32,000 nt of DNA, taken from positions 1 through 32,000 of IMG/VR virus record IMGVR_UViG_3300045988_176635, one strand, 5' to 3'. Made by a program: the position numbers and the translations under genes. Under the pieces are notes generated by a model. That model made no database searches. It was not told the origin of the DNA and worked only from the letters and a program-made list of their open reading frames with translations. This stretch comes from a virus. Positions 17,613 through 26,508 of the stretch are shown in pieces; position 1 is the stretch's first letter; every line of letters starts with the position of its first letter.

Positions 17613-18527
17613 ATGAATCAGGAAATGGTAAAAGCTGAAAAGCGATTCGCAAACCACAAGGCACGCCTCGACATTCTGGACGAAAACGTGCGCGTTCTGA
17701 ACTGGAGACAGCCAGGGACGCAGGCGTACGCGATTCGTGCGGTGATGGACGGCTATCATGTGTATATCACCGGAGACCTTGGCTCTGCGGTCATTTGCCT
17801 GACGGAGACTGCCACTTTGAAGGCTCTTTCCGGCTACTGGAAGAAACCCGGCTATTTCATGGAGAAGTTTGTCTGCACAACGGACGACTACTTCTTTGAT
17901 TACGAAACGGCCAAGGGTGAGCTTCGTGAGCGCAAGACCATGTTGCTGGAAGAGTATAGGGACAATCATCCCGATATGCTCGCAAACGGAGAAACAGAGT
18001 ATCAGGACGACCTCGACGAGAGAGAAACGGACCTGCTGGGCAGCTTCAACTCTGAGAAGGGCTTCGTGGCAAATCCCGTTGCCTTCTCCGCATGGCTGGA
18101 GATGGACGAGGACGGCGTGGAGACCGTCCCGTATATGGGACGAACCATCGCACACCGCATTTGGCTGTGGCTGGCCGCGTTCAAGATGGCCTATGAGGCG
18201 CTTCAAGACACCTCCACCGAGCGTTACACGCAGGAGTACCTGGACGCCATTGAGCGGAATACTCCACCCCGCAACGGCGCACCCATCGGCCGAGACTCCT
18301 TCGAGTGGGCCGGATGCGCAGAAGAGTTGAGTGTCTGCAACGTAGCACATCTGCTGGCTGCCGCCAAGCGGACGCCGGGATATTTTCAGGTTCGTTCCGC
18401 GCTCTGCGGTATGCCTGTCATCAGAGAACGTTATGCGGACACAATGGCACTGCTCAACAAGGTAAAGGGTACAGACGCCTACGATATCCTTGCCCAGCTG
18501 ATGCAGCAGGCGGAAAGGGAGGCGTAA
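17613..18527 (+). CDS. hypothetical protein
   Basis: Long ORF, AAAGGAG SD. Confidence 0.65.
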   Translation: MNQEMVKAEKRFANHKARLDILDENVRVLNWRQPGTQAYAIRAVMDGYHVYITGDLGSAVICLTETATLKALSGYWKKPGYFMEKFVCTTDDYFFDYETAKGELRERKTMLLEEYRDNHPDMLANGETEYQDDLDERETDLLGSFNSEKGFVANPVAFSAWLEMDEDGVETVPYMGRTIAHRIWLWLAAFKMAYEALQDTSTERYTQEYLDAIERNTPPRNGAPIGRDSFEWAGCAEELSVCNVAHLLAAAKRTPGYFQVRSALCGMPVIRERYADTMALLNKVKGTDAYDILAQLMQQAEREA

Positions 18528-18528
18528 A

Positions 18529-19311
18529 ATGAGCATGACAATCTTCGATGCGTGGCACATCGGAAAGCCGCAGAGTATCTACGACCTCACGATTATGGCG
18601 CGTTGCGTACAGGGTATTCAGGAAGAAACACGAGCGGCGGATATCGCCGAAGATGTAGTTTCTTCTGCCTTGCTGCCGTGGCTCAGAAGCGCTCTTGAGT
18701 TCTTCGGAGATGACGCGGCGGATGAATTCGCCATTCTCGTCGGCGGCGCGGTCTACCCCGTCTTACTGCGGAATTCGTGGCGAGCCACATGGTTATTCCC
18801 GTCTGAGGAGCGCAAAGGCTTGGAGGAGTTCCTGACCAAACATCTGGAAGGGAAAGATGTCCCCAATCGTAAAGAAAGCATGGAAAATTTGCAGGCTGTC
18901 TGCGAGGCGGTCTACGAATTCTCCGCGCAGTCCAATCCGAGCCTCTGCTTCCTGAGCGATTCTGCCGGGAAAGACGTCTATGTAAGGGGTTTTGGCTTAA
19001 CAAAAAAAGCCACCCAGTACCTTGATTCGCTCTATGAGCGTTTCGAGTATACGAACGCCTGCGAAATGGACGAACGCGATTTCCCCGCGTTGAAGAAGCA
19101 GCTCGCCGCGTCTTCGGATAAGGCGGCGCTGCTCAGCAAGGCACAGGAGGAACGCGGTGCGCTCTGGGATGACGCTCTGAATGGCTGTACGCGGTTCAAG
19201 GATGCTGCCCTTACTTTCGACCTGGATGACACGGGAAATAAAGCAAAAAAGGTCGCGGAGCTTCGCAAGGCGGCCAAAATCATTTTTGAAGAAGGGAAAG
19301 GAGAGAAATGA
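18529..19311 (+). CDS. hypothetical protein
   Basis: Long ORF, GGAGG SD within the preceding CDS end. Confidence 0.65.
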   Translation: MSMTIFDAWHIGKPQSIYDLTIMARCVQGIQEETRAADIAEDVVSSALLPWLRSALEFFGDDAADEFAILVGGAVYPVLLRNSWRATWLFPSEERKGLEEFLTKHLEGKDVPNRKESMENLQAVCEAVYEFSAQSNPSLCFLSDSAGKDVYVRGFGLTKKATQYLDSLYERFEYTNACEMDERDFPALKKQLAASSDKAALLSKAQEERGALWDDALNGCTRFKDAALTFDLDDTGNKAKKVAELRKAAKIIFEEGKGEK

Positions 19312-19724
19312 CAATGAGAACATTGGTGCGTTTTGAATATGACATTGAGAACGTGAAGCTGTTCGATATCGTGGATGGCGGCGCTGTGCATGGTGCGTTC
19401 AATGGCAACCTAACCATTTACTTCGACATGAGCGAGGATGGGAAGCTGCTGGATGAATCCAAGCAGGCGCTCCGTCTGGAGGCGCGGCGCATCTGCCGTG
19501 CGCTCAAGAACCGGGGGATGAATGCTACCGTGTCCATCCTGAACGCCGATACGAAGGCCGTATATGGCCGCGTGTTTGCGGAGCACCCTGAAATCTTCAC
19601 ACTTCTCCTGTGGAACCACGGGAGAGGGAATGACCTGTCGAAGGAACAGCACGCGCTTACGCCGTCCGGCGTATACAAGGCGCTGGAGCGTATCCTCACG
19701 GACATTCGTTCCAACGCGGCGTGA
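19308..19724 (+). CDS. hypothetical protein
   Basis: Overlaps preceding stop; AAAGGAG SD. Confidence 0.6.
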   Translation: MTMRTLVRFEYDIENVKLFDIVDGGAVHGAFNGNLTIYFDMSEDGKLLDESKQALRLEARRICRALKNRGMNATVSILNADTKAVYGRVFAEHPEIFTLLLWNHGRGNDLSKEQHALTPSGVYKALERILTDIRSNAA

Positions 19725-19740
19725 GAGGGGAGGCGGAGAC

Positions 19741-20286
19741 ATGGGATGCTTTTCCTGGCTTTTTGCCGATACTGACAACACACAGAACCTGCGTACTGAC
19801 CGGGCAGGCTATATTGCCTGCCCGGACGGGACCTTTATCCACGAGCCATGCTATGAAGGCTACGGCGAGTTCAACGGGCAGGATGTGTACGAACTGGTCG
19901 TTCGGTGGAACCGCGCATTCATCGCGGAGAATCCGGACTTCCTGCTTCCGCATATCCACCGCTTCTACAACGGGAGCGTAAAGCAGTACCGTCTGAAGGA
20001 TTTCAGATGGTATCCGGTCATTGCAGACCTGTCCATCCCGTTTGAGCAGTTGCGTGACGCGCTCGACAAGCATCTGAGGGAAACCGTCAGCTTATACCGG
20101 CCCTATAGTGCCGAGCTTCGCGGCGTCGGCATCGACATTGCCTGCTACAACGAGGACAACGCAGCTCTTCCGTATCCCATCAAGATTACCCGGAAGATGC
20201 GGGGCGTCCACTATGAAGACCTTCCAGCAAGCAAAAATGACCCGGAACAGGGAGCGGGAATCTACCATGCCGTGAGATGGCAATAA
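19741..20286 (+). CDS. hypothetical protein
   Basis: MGCFSWLFADTDNTQNLR...; GAGGGGAGG SD. Confidence 0.65.
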   Translation: MGCFSWLFADTDNTQNLRTDRAGYIACPDGTFIHEPCYEGYGEFNGQDVYELVVRWNRAFIAENPDFLLPHIHRFYNGSVKQYRLKDFRWYPVIADLSIPFEQLRDALDKHLRETVSLYRPYSAELRGVGIDIACYNEDNAALPYPIKITRKMRGVHYEDLPASKNDPEQGAGIYHAVRWQ

Positions 20287-20312
20287 TTTTATCGGAAAGG
20301 AGAATGCCGTTT

Positions 20313-20343
20313 CTCCCCCACGCGCCGAAAGGCGTGGGGGGAG
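20313..20343 (+). promoter_or_regulatory. strong hairpin directly upstream of the secreted hydrolase gene
   Basis: CCCCCACGC ... GCGTGGGGG with a GAAA-containing loop, ~20 nt before the ATG at 20362. Confidence 0.6.
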
Positions 20344-20361
20344 GAGCGGCCAATATTTTTT

Positions 20362-22116
20362 ATGAACGTGAAAAGAAAATTTACCGCATTTGCTGCGGCT
20401 TTTTTGCTGCTGCTTTTCGCGACGCCAAGCTCCGCAGCATTAGAATTTGAGACCGATACGGAGGTGCGAGACGCAACGTATAACACTGAGCCGACTCAGA
20501 GTCTTGAAGCCGGCGTGCCGGACGGTATCCCGGAAGAAATGCTTGAGACAGAAGGTGAGACCACACGGGCGCAGTTCCTGACCATGCTGGTGAACCTCGC
20601 AAACCCGGAGCTTGATACGGTTCAGAGCACATCGTTCCCCGATGTTCCGGAGAACGCATACTACGCGCTTCAGGTGAGCTGGGCAAAGGCAAACGGAATC
20701 ATAAATGGCACGGCGGCCGGCGTACTGGAGCCGGACACACCGCTGACACGGAATGAGGCCGCTGTGATGGCTGCCCGTCTGGCGAAGGCGATGGGCTGTG
20801 ACGCCGCTCCGCTTTCATCCCGCACGCTGCTTGCGTGCGCTGACGCCGCGCAGGTCCCGCTTTACGCGAGAAGAGCTGTGAAATGGTGCATGGAGAACGG
20901 CATCCTGACCGCTTCAGAAAAAGGATTCGAGCCGAAAGGCACGATGAATCATAAAGAAGCTGTCGATATGATTCTCGCACTCGGCTGCTGGCTCCAGAAT
21001 AACGGACCTGTTGTCCGGACAATCCCGGCGTCAGCCGTGGTGCAGGCCACAGAACAGCACGCAGCGTTGCAAAACAGAATCAATGCGATTGCAAAAAAGT
21101 ACGGTGCGGTCGGTCTGTCGATTGCGTACATTAAGGACGGCCATGTATCAGATACCTTTGCGTATGGAGAGGCGGTTCGCGGAGTATCAGCCATGACAGC
21201 AGATACGAAAGTTCGGGCTGCATCCATCTCAAAAGTGCTTGTTGGTATGGCAGCGAGCCTTTCCGCAGAAGAAGGAACGATGACTCTCGATACAGAGCTG
21301 GACACCTACCTCGGTTTTCCCATCCACAAAGCACAGGAAGGAGACCACATTACAGTCCGTTCCGTTCTCACACATACATCTTCTCTCAGGGCACCGGAGG
21401 ATGTATCAAGAAGCTATGAGGGGATGAAGACGCGACTCATGTCTTCGTCTGCGACACGCGAGGTCTGTTCCGGCAACTTGGAAAACTGGCTGTATAACAA
21501 CTACGCCTTCTCTGCACTGGGGCTTGCGGTCGAGCGAGCAAACAGCTGCACGATGGACGAGCTGCTTGGACATTACCTCTACCGTCCACTGTCCATCGAC
21601 GCGGCATTCCGAACAGGGAGTGTATCCGATACGAAAAAACTGGCGGTGCTCTACCGTGCCGATGGCAGCACGGGCCTGTCCTACCAGGAAATGCTCAAGG
21701 CTATTGATGACGAACTGCCCGGTACGGACGGCAGTGGATTCGCAGGCGGACTCACCATCAGCGCCTACGACCTTGGAAAAATTGTGGCGTTGCTTGCCGG
21801 TGATGGCAAATACGAGGGCGCACAGTACCTTTCTCCGTCCATCGTCTCCACATTGGAGTCACACGGCGATAAGGCTGTGTCCGGCGGATTCTACCAGTGC
21901 CAGCCTCTGCGTCTGCGAGCCAATACCTATGGGCAGAGCAGATTGTTCTATCACACCGGCAGCGCATACGGTGCGTACAACCTCATGTGCTACAATCCTG
22001 ACACGGGCTGCGGCGTGGTCGTACTTACCTCCGGAGCCAGCGGAAAGAAAGATACCGCCGGCATCTACGCTGTGTGCGGAGAAATCAGTAACCTGCTTTT
22101 TGCCGCAAACCCCTGA
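20362..22116 (+). CDS. secreted SLH-domain + beta-lactamase/serine hydrolase family protein
   Basis: Signal peptide KRKFTAFAAAFLLLLFATPSSAA; SLH-like FPDVPENAYYALQVSWAKANGIINGTAAGVLEPDTPLTRNEAA; SxxK in RAASISKVLVG and YNN in LYNNYAFS. Confidence 0.8.
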   Translation: MNVKRKFTAFAAAFLLLLFATPSSAALEFETDTEVRDATYNTEPTQSLEAGVPDGIPEEMLETEGETTRAQFLTMLVNLANPELDTVQSTSFPDVPENAYYALQVSWAKANGIINGTAAGVLEPDTPLTRNEAAVMAARLAKAMGCDAAPLSSRTLLACADAAQVPLYARRAVKWCMENGILTASEKGFEPKGTMNHKEAVDMILALGCWLQNNGPVVRTIPASAVVQATEQHAALQNRINAIAKKYGAVGLSIAYIKDGHVSDTFAYGEAVRGVSAMTADTKVRAASISKVLVGMAASLSAEEGTMTLDTELDTYLGFPIHKAQEGDHITVRSVLTHTSSLRAPEDVSRSYEGMKTRLMSSSATREVCSGNLENWLYNNYAFSALGLAVERANSCTMDELLGHYLYRPLSIDAAFRTGSVSDTKKLAVLYRADGSTGLSYQEMLKAIDDELPGTDGSGFAGGLTISAYDLGKIVALLAGDGKYEGAQYLSPSIVSTLESHGDKAVSGGFYQCQPLRLRANTYGQSRLFYHTGSAYGAYNLMCYNPDTGCGVVVLTSGASGKKDTAGIYAVCGEISNLLFAANP

Positions 22117-22136
22117 ATTATCTTTCCGGAACAGAA

Positions 22137-22163
22137 GCGTCGCCCATCACGGGCGGCGCTTTT
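22137..22163 (+). terminator. rho-independent terminator
   Basis: GCGTCGCCC(atcac)GGGCGGCGC + T-rich. Confidence 0.8.
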
Positions 22164-22171
22164 CTTTGTGA

Positions 22172-22337
22172 TTCTTTGGTTCTCAGGTTCCTTGAAATAG
22201 AATAGAGCGTTTTTCCATCTGCTGGTATGCTAAGACTATACAAAAGAAGTATCGCAAACACAAAGAAAAAACAGCCAGTATTCTTTGCAGATACTTGCTT
22301 TCATATATTATCAATAAAACACAAAAGGAGAAGCAAA
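22172..22337 (+). promoter_or_regulatory. conserved promoter/leader module, copy E (most diverged hairpin)
   Basis: Octamers TTCTTTGG/TTCTCAGG/TTCCTTGA; TATGCT 22226-22231; GAAGTATC from 22246; imperfect hairpin 22273-22299. Confidence 0.75.
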
Positions 22338-22637
22338 ATGGGACTCTTAAACTACACGGTTATGGAACAGCCTTACACCGCCGCAGAAATTCTGAAAAAT
22401 CTCGATGGTGACGGCCAAATTTCCGGTGTCGTTGGCATCTCGCTGGATGACATCATTGAAAATGACATGGAAGGATTCGATGATATTCTTACCGAGCGTC
22501 TCGTCGGGCTGAATTGCTGCCTATCGGAAATCAGCTACGATGTCGTTGGTGTAGAGCCTGACGAAAACTTTCTGCATATCCGCGTATCCGGATATGTGGA
22601 TGATGTGGATTATCTTGAGAGCCAATGCGATAAATAG
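22338..22637 (+). CDS. hypothetical protein
   Basis: MGLLNYTVMEQPYTAAEIL..., AAAAGGAG SD. Confidence 0.65.
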   Translation: MGLLNYTVMEQPYTAAEILKNLDGDGQISGVVGISLDDIIENDMEGFDDILTERLVGLNCCLSEISYDVVGVEPDENFLHIRVSGYVDDVDYLESQCDK

Positions 22638-22691
22638 TTTTTGCCACCCTTCGGGGCTAAAACTGAATCCGCATTCAGCGAACCGCAAACC

Positions 22692-22722
22692 GCGAGCAGG
22701 CTTAATGCCTGCTCGCTTTTTT
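22692..22722 (+). terminator. rho-independent terminator
   Basis: GCGAGCAGGC(ttaat)GCCTGCTCGC + T6. Confidence 0.9.
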
Positions 22723-22828
22723 GCCCGGATTCCAAAGGTCCATGCAAGAGCAGAAATGCACCATGAGAGGGCATATTTGCACTGTTTTTCCGGGAGGAAA
22801 GGCTTCGTTGCCTTACTGGGCCGTAAAG

Positions 22829-23000
22829 TTCCTCGGTTCTTGGGTTCTTGAAAGGAGAATAAGGCGTTTTCTTCATCCGCCGGTATGCTGAGACCATACA
22901 AAGGAAGTATCACATACATAAAGAAAGTTCAGTCAGTATCCCTTGCGGATACTGGCTTTTATATATCACCTAATAATTCACGAAAAGGAGAAATGAAAAA
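22829..23000 (+). promoter_or_regulatory. conserved promoter/leader module, copy F
   Basis: Octamers TTCCTCGG/TTCTTGGG/TTCTTGAA; TATGCT 22884-22889; GAAGTATC from 22904; hairpin AGTCAGTATCC(cttgc)GGATACTGGCT 22931-22957. Confidence 0.85.
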
Positions 23001-24197
23001 ATGAGCAGCAAGATTTTTGACGATTTCCAAGAAATGTTCCATGACGAGTCGGAATTTATCGACTCTATCCGGGACATGGAAAACAACAGCGAGTGGCTCC
23101 CCGAAATCCCTCGCAAAGAGCTTCAGGTCATTCCTCTGGATGGGCCGATGTTCGTAGCGGACGCTGTGGCAAAGTATGGCGTTGACCATGATACGGCACA
23201 TGATACCGCCGTCAACGATTTGCATGGTGGTTACGGTACGAACCTCATGGTTCAGTATCAGGGCACAACCTGGTGCCTGCGTGATACCGGTCGTGCGACA
23301 CTCTACACCACCGCCGGTTTGATTGGCCCCGCCAATGCGAACATGGTGAAAGCGGAAGGGTTTGCCGACCTTGCGCAGTGCTTGAATATCGCTCTGCGGT
23401 ATGCCAAGGGAAACGGGCTTCTCCTGCTGCGTTATGGCAAACTGTCCGCGCTGCACAGCGGCGCATCCGACGGTTACGCCATTATGCGCATCAGCGAGTT
23501 GGTCCGTATCACGAAGGAGAAGCTGAATAACCGATTCGGCGTTCCGAAGTTCAAGGAAGGGTTCAATTCCCATAGCTATACCAGCGCTGTGTGGGAGCTG
23601 CCCGACGTCCGTGACGACCTCATTGACAAGTACCAGAAGGCGCTTTCGAACGCGGTCTCCCGCAATCATGCTGTCAACTGGATGCCCGTTGTTCGACTGT
23701 CTACCAGCGACACAGCGACCAGTTCGGCAATTCTGATGCCGAAGCTGATGTCCCCAGGCGGGGCCTTCTCCTTCGCCATTGGAAAGGGCATTCGCGTCGA
23801 GCACAAGAAGCTGGCGGCAGGGAAGTACGGACTGGAGAAGTTCGAGGATGAAGCGGACGGACTGTACGCGCTGTTTGAGGATGGCGCTGCCATGATGCAG
23901 AAGATGGGAAGCATGGAAATCTCCAATCCCGTCAACTGCCTCGTCGGTATCTGCTCCTACCTGAAAATTCCCAGAAAGTACGCTGACCCGGCGCGTGAGG
24001 AGGTTGACACCTTCGTTATCAACTCGCCGCGTATGTCTGCGCTGGACATCTACCTGAGCATGGCACAAATCCCCACCTACGCCAAGCACGCAGGTGCGAG
24101 CGATGCGAAGGTTCTGGAGTTGGAAGAGCTTATCGGAAAGACGCTGAACCTCAACTGGTCCGATTATGACATCGGTGGAACAGTTGCTTGGAAGTAA
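23001..24197 (+). CDS. hypothetical phage/plasmid-type protein
   Basis: Long ORF directly after module F and AAAGGAG. Confidence 0.7.
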   Translation: MSSKIFDDFQEMFHDESEFIDSIRDMENNSEWLPEIPRKELQVIPLDGPMFVADAVAKYGVDHDTAHDTAVNDLHGGYGTNLMVQYQGTTWCLRDTGRATLYTTAGLIGPANANMVKAEGFADLAQCLNIALRYAKGNGLLLLRYGKLSALHSGASDGYAIMRISELVRITKEKLNNRFGVPKFKEGFNSHSYTSAVWELPDVRDDLIDKYQKALSNAVSRNHAVNWMPVVRLSTSDTATSSAILMPKLMSPGGAFSFAIGKGIRVEHKKLAAGKYGLEKFEDEADGLYALFEDGAAMMQKMGSMEISNPVNCLVGICSYLKIPRKYADPAREEVDTFVINSPRMSALDIYLSMAQIPTYAKHAGASDAKVLELEELIGKTLNLNWSDYDIGGTVAWK

Positions 24198-24256
24198 GTG
24201 ATTACGGCGGTGTGCGGAGCAATCCCACACCGCCGCCCATGAAAGGAGAACTGCTT

Positions 24257-24505
24257 ATGTATGTCGAAAAGACAGATACCTACACCTGCGATTTCTGCGG
24301 CCACAACGCGAAGTGGGACGCCTCCGATGACGTCCACGGGGAACTGTGGTCGTGTGAGGCGGAAGGATGCGGAAAGGTTTTTTGCTCCAAGTGCTTCATC
24401 AGCGCGTTTGGACAGAAAATCTACATGACCATGATGCAGAGCGGCGAAAACGTCCTCTGCCCGGAATGTGCGAAGAAAAAGTACAAAAAGGAGAATGAGA
24501 AATGA
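24257..24505 (+). CDS. zinc-ribbon-like small protein
   Basis: CDFCGHNAKW...CEAEGCGKVFCSKCF...LCPECAKKK. Confidence 0.65.
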   Translation: MYVEKTDTYTCDFCGHNAKWDASDDVHGELWSCEAEGCGKVFCSKCFISAFGQKIYMTMMQSGENVLCPECAKKKYKKENEK

Positions 24506-25056
24506 AAGTTGAAATCAGAGACATCACAAAGGAAGAAGCTGTTCCGTATGGCGATAACGCGGACATCGTTCTGGCAGAACGAAAAGCGGTTGTGTTCACT
24601 GATGACGCGGGCAACACCGGAAAGCTCTATATGAAAGAAGAAGATGTGGAGCTGCTCGGTGAACAGTACATTGCAGAAAATTCAAAGATGGAGTATAGCG
24701 AGGTTTGCAAAGAGTGGTTTCCGAGCGTGTCGTGGAACGCATACAAGAACGACCAGACACGCAATCCGCCGAAGACCATTGATGTCGAGTTCGTTTGCGA
24801 CATGGATGGCGAATGCACAGAAATCTGGCGCAGACTCGACACCGGCGGCTACCTCATGCGGAAACTTTGCAACGAACCGTTCGCTCGTTGGCTGACCTGC
24901 CACAAATGCGGTGCCTCGTGGATGGATGGGAACTGCATCCGCCCGAACGTCACGTTTCGGAATGGGACGCAGACGGAAACCGTCCTCTACGATGACTGGA
25001 ACGGAAGCGCTGCATACAACAGCACGTTCAATCCGAATTTCAAAAAAGGAGAATAA
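24502..25056 (+). CDS. hypothetical protein
   Basis: ORF overlapping preceding stop; AAAAGGAG SD. Confidence 0.6.
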   Translation: MKVEIRDITKEEAVPYGDNADIVLAERKAVVFTDDAGNTGKLYMKEEDVELLGEQYIAENSKMEYSEVCKEWFPSVSWNAYKNDQTRNPPKTIDVEFVCDMDGECTEIWRRLDTGGYLMRKLCNEPFARWLTCHKCGASWMDGNCIRPNVTFRNGTQTETVLYDDWNGSAAYNSTFNPNFKKGE

Positions 25057-25059
25057 GAA

Positions 25060-26427
25060 ATGAGTTATTTTGAATGCAATCTGCCTGATTCCTGCCCGCA
25101 TATCTGTGCGGGAAAACGGTCCTACTTCGAGGACACGGTGAAAGTCATTAAGGCCCGTATGGCAAAACTCGATGACGCGCTCGCAAAGTCCGGCATGGAC
25201 GGCGCGGCGTTCGCGAAGACGGCCAAAATCCTGTTTGACAACAGCTTTGACCTGTTCGAGCGGATGGACAGCGTGGAACTTGCCATGTGGGTTCAGAACA
25301 GCTACGACGGGAAGCCTATCGAGCATCGCTTCGAGTGGCCGAATGCGGAGGTCGTCGTTGACTGCGCTTTCGTGCAGACGAAAGAGTGGGAGGCCCTTCG
25401 TCACTTCGGCATCGGCGGCTCTGACGCCGCCGCCATCCGTGGCGAGAGCCGGTACAAAACGGCGCAGGAGACCTACCACGACAAGGTGGGCACCCCTGAA
25501 CTCATTCCGTCTAATGATGCCCAGGCCGTCTTCGAGCGTGGACACATCATGGAAGATAGAGTCATTGACGCCTTTCTGAAGCTGACTGGCTTCAAGCGGA
25601 TTCCCGAAACACGGATGTTCCGTTCCCGGAAGTACCCGCATCAGACGGCGAACATTGATGGCATTGTCATCTCGCCGGATGGCCGCATCTTTGTCTTTGA
25701 GGCGAAAACGACCGTCGCGGAAAACTGGGACGCATGGAAAGACGGCAAGATTCCCCGCTCTTATGTCCCGCAGACGCGCCAGTATCCGGCAGTGCTGGAT
25801 GATGACCGCGTGCAGGGAACATACATTGGCTGCCTGTTCATTGTTGACCTTATCGTTGGGGGACTTTACGTCGGCAGTGCGTACAGCGGCGAGCAGTTCG
25901 TCGCCCGCTGCGTCGAGCGCGATAAGCTGGCGGAAGACGACCAGCTGGCAAACGGAGAAGAGTGGTGGAACACCTATGTGGAGCCGAATGTGGAGCCGGA
26001 GGCTTCCGGTATCCCGAAGAAGGATATCGAAGTCATCCGAACCTATCACAGCGGCTATGCAGACCCCAGTGCCGATGCTGTCGATATGACGCACGACTTG
26101 GATATGCTGGCCGCCGCAAATGAGTGGCTCACGCTTGGTGAAAACCGCGTCGCGAAGCAGAAGGAAGTCGATGCCATCAAAGAGCGCCAGGATGCTATCT
26201 CTGAATTGTTCATGCTCAAGCTGAACGACGCCGTAGAGGGACGTATCAATCTTCCCGACAATGAGTTTATGGAAGTCAAATGGAGTCCGCGTTCGAGAAC
26301 GAACGTGGATATGGAAACTCTGAAAATCCGCTTCCCTGATGCGTACAATCAGTGTGTGTCAGTAAATCCGGAAAGTTCACGGGTCTTCAGCATCAAACGG
26401 AAAAAGGTGCGTACTCGCAAAAAGTGA
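25060..26427 (+). CDS. YqaJ/lambda-exonuclease-like recombinase nuclease
   Basis: WEALRHFGIGGSDAAAIRGESRYKTAQETYHDKVG; VFEAKTTVAENWDAW; QTRQYPAVL. Confidence 0.8.
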   Translation: MSYFECNLPDSCPHICAGKRSYFEDTVKVIKARMAKLDDALAKSGMDGAAFAKTAKILFDNSFDLFERMDSVELAMWVQNSYDGKPIEHRFEWPNAEVVVDCAFVQTKEWEALRHFGIGGSDAAAIRGESRYKTAQETYHDKVGTPELIPSNDAQAVFERGHIMEDRVIDAFLKLTGFKRIPETRMFRSRKYPHQTANIDGIVISPDGRIFVFEAKTTVAENWDAWKDGKIPRSYVPQTRQYPAVLDDDRVQGTYIGCLFIVDLIVGGLYVGSAYSGEQFVARCVERDKLAEDDQLANGEEWWNTYVEPNVEPEASGIPKKDIEVIRTYHSGYADPSADAVDMTHDLDMLAAANEWLTLGENRVAKQKEVDAIKERQDAISELFMLKLNDAVEGRINLPDNEFMEVKWSPRSRTNVDMETLKIRFPDAYNQCVSVNPESSRVFSIKRKKVRTRKK

Positions 26428-26508
26428 TGCTTCTTCAATGAGAGGAGAAATGAAAAAATGAGACACATCAGCCACAGACGCTGTGCCTCCGGAAGGAGGT
26501 GACAGCCT

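Noticed and set aside
22959-24230. 423-aa minus-strand ORF
   Set aside because: Opposite the + strand ORF that follows regulatory module F; no independent signals.
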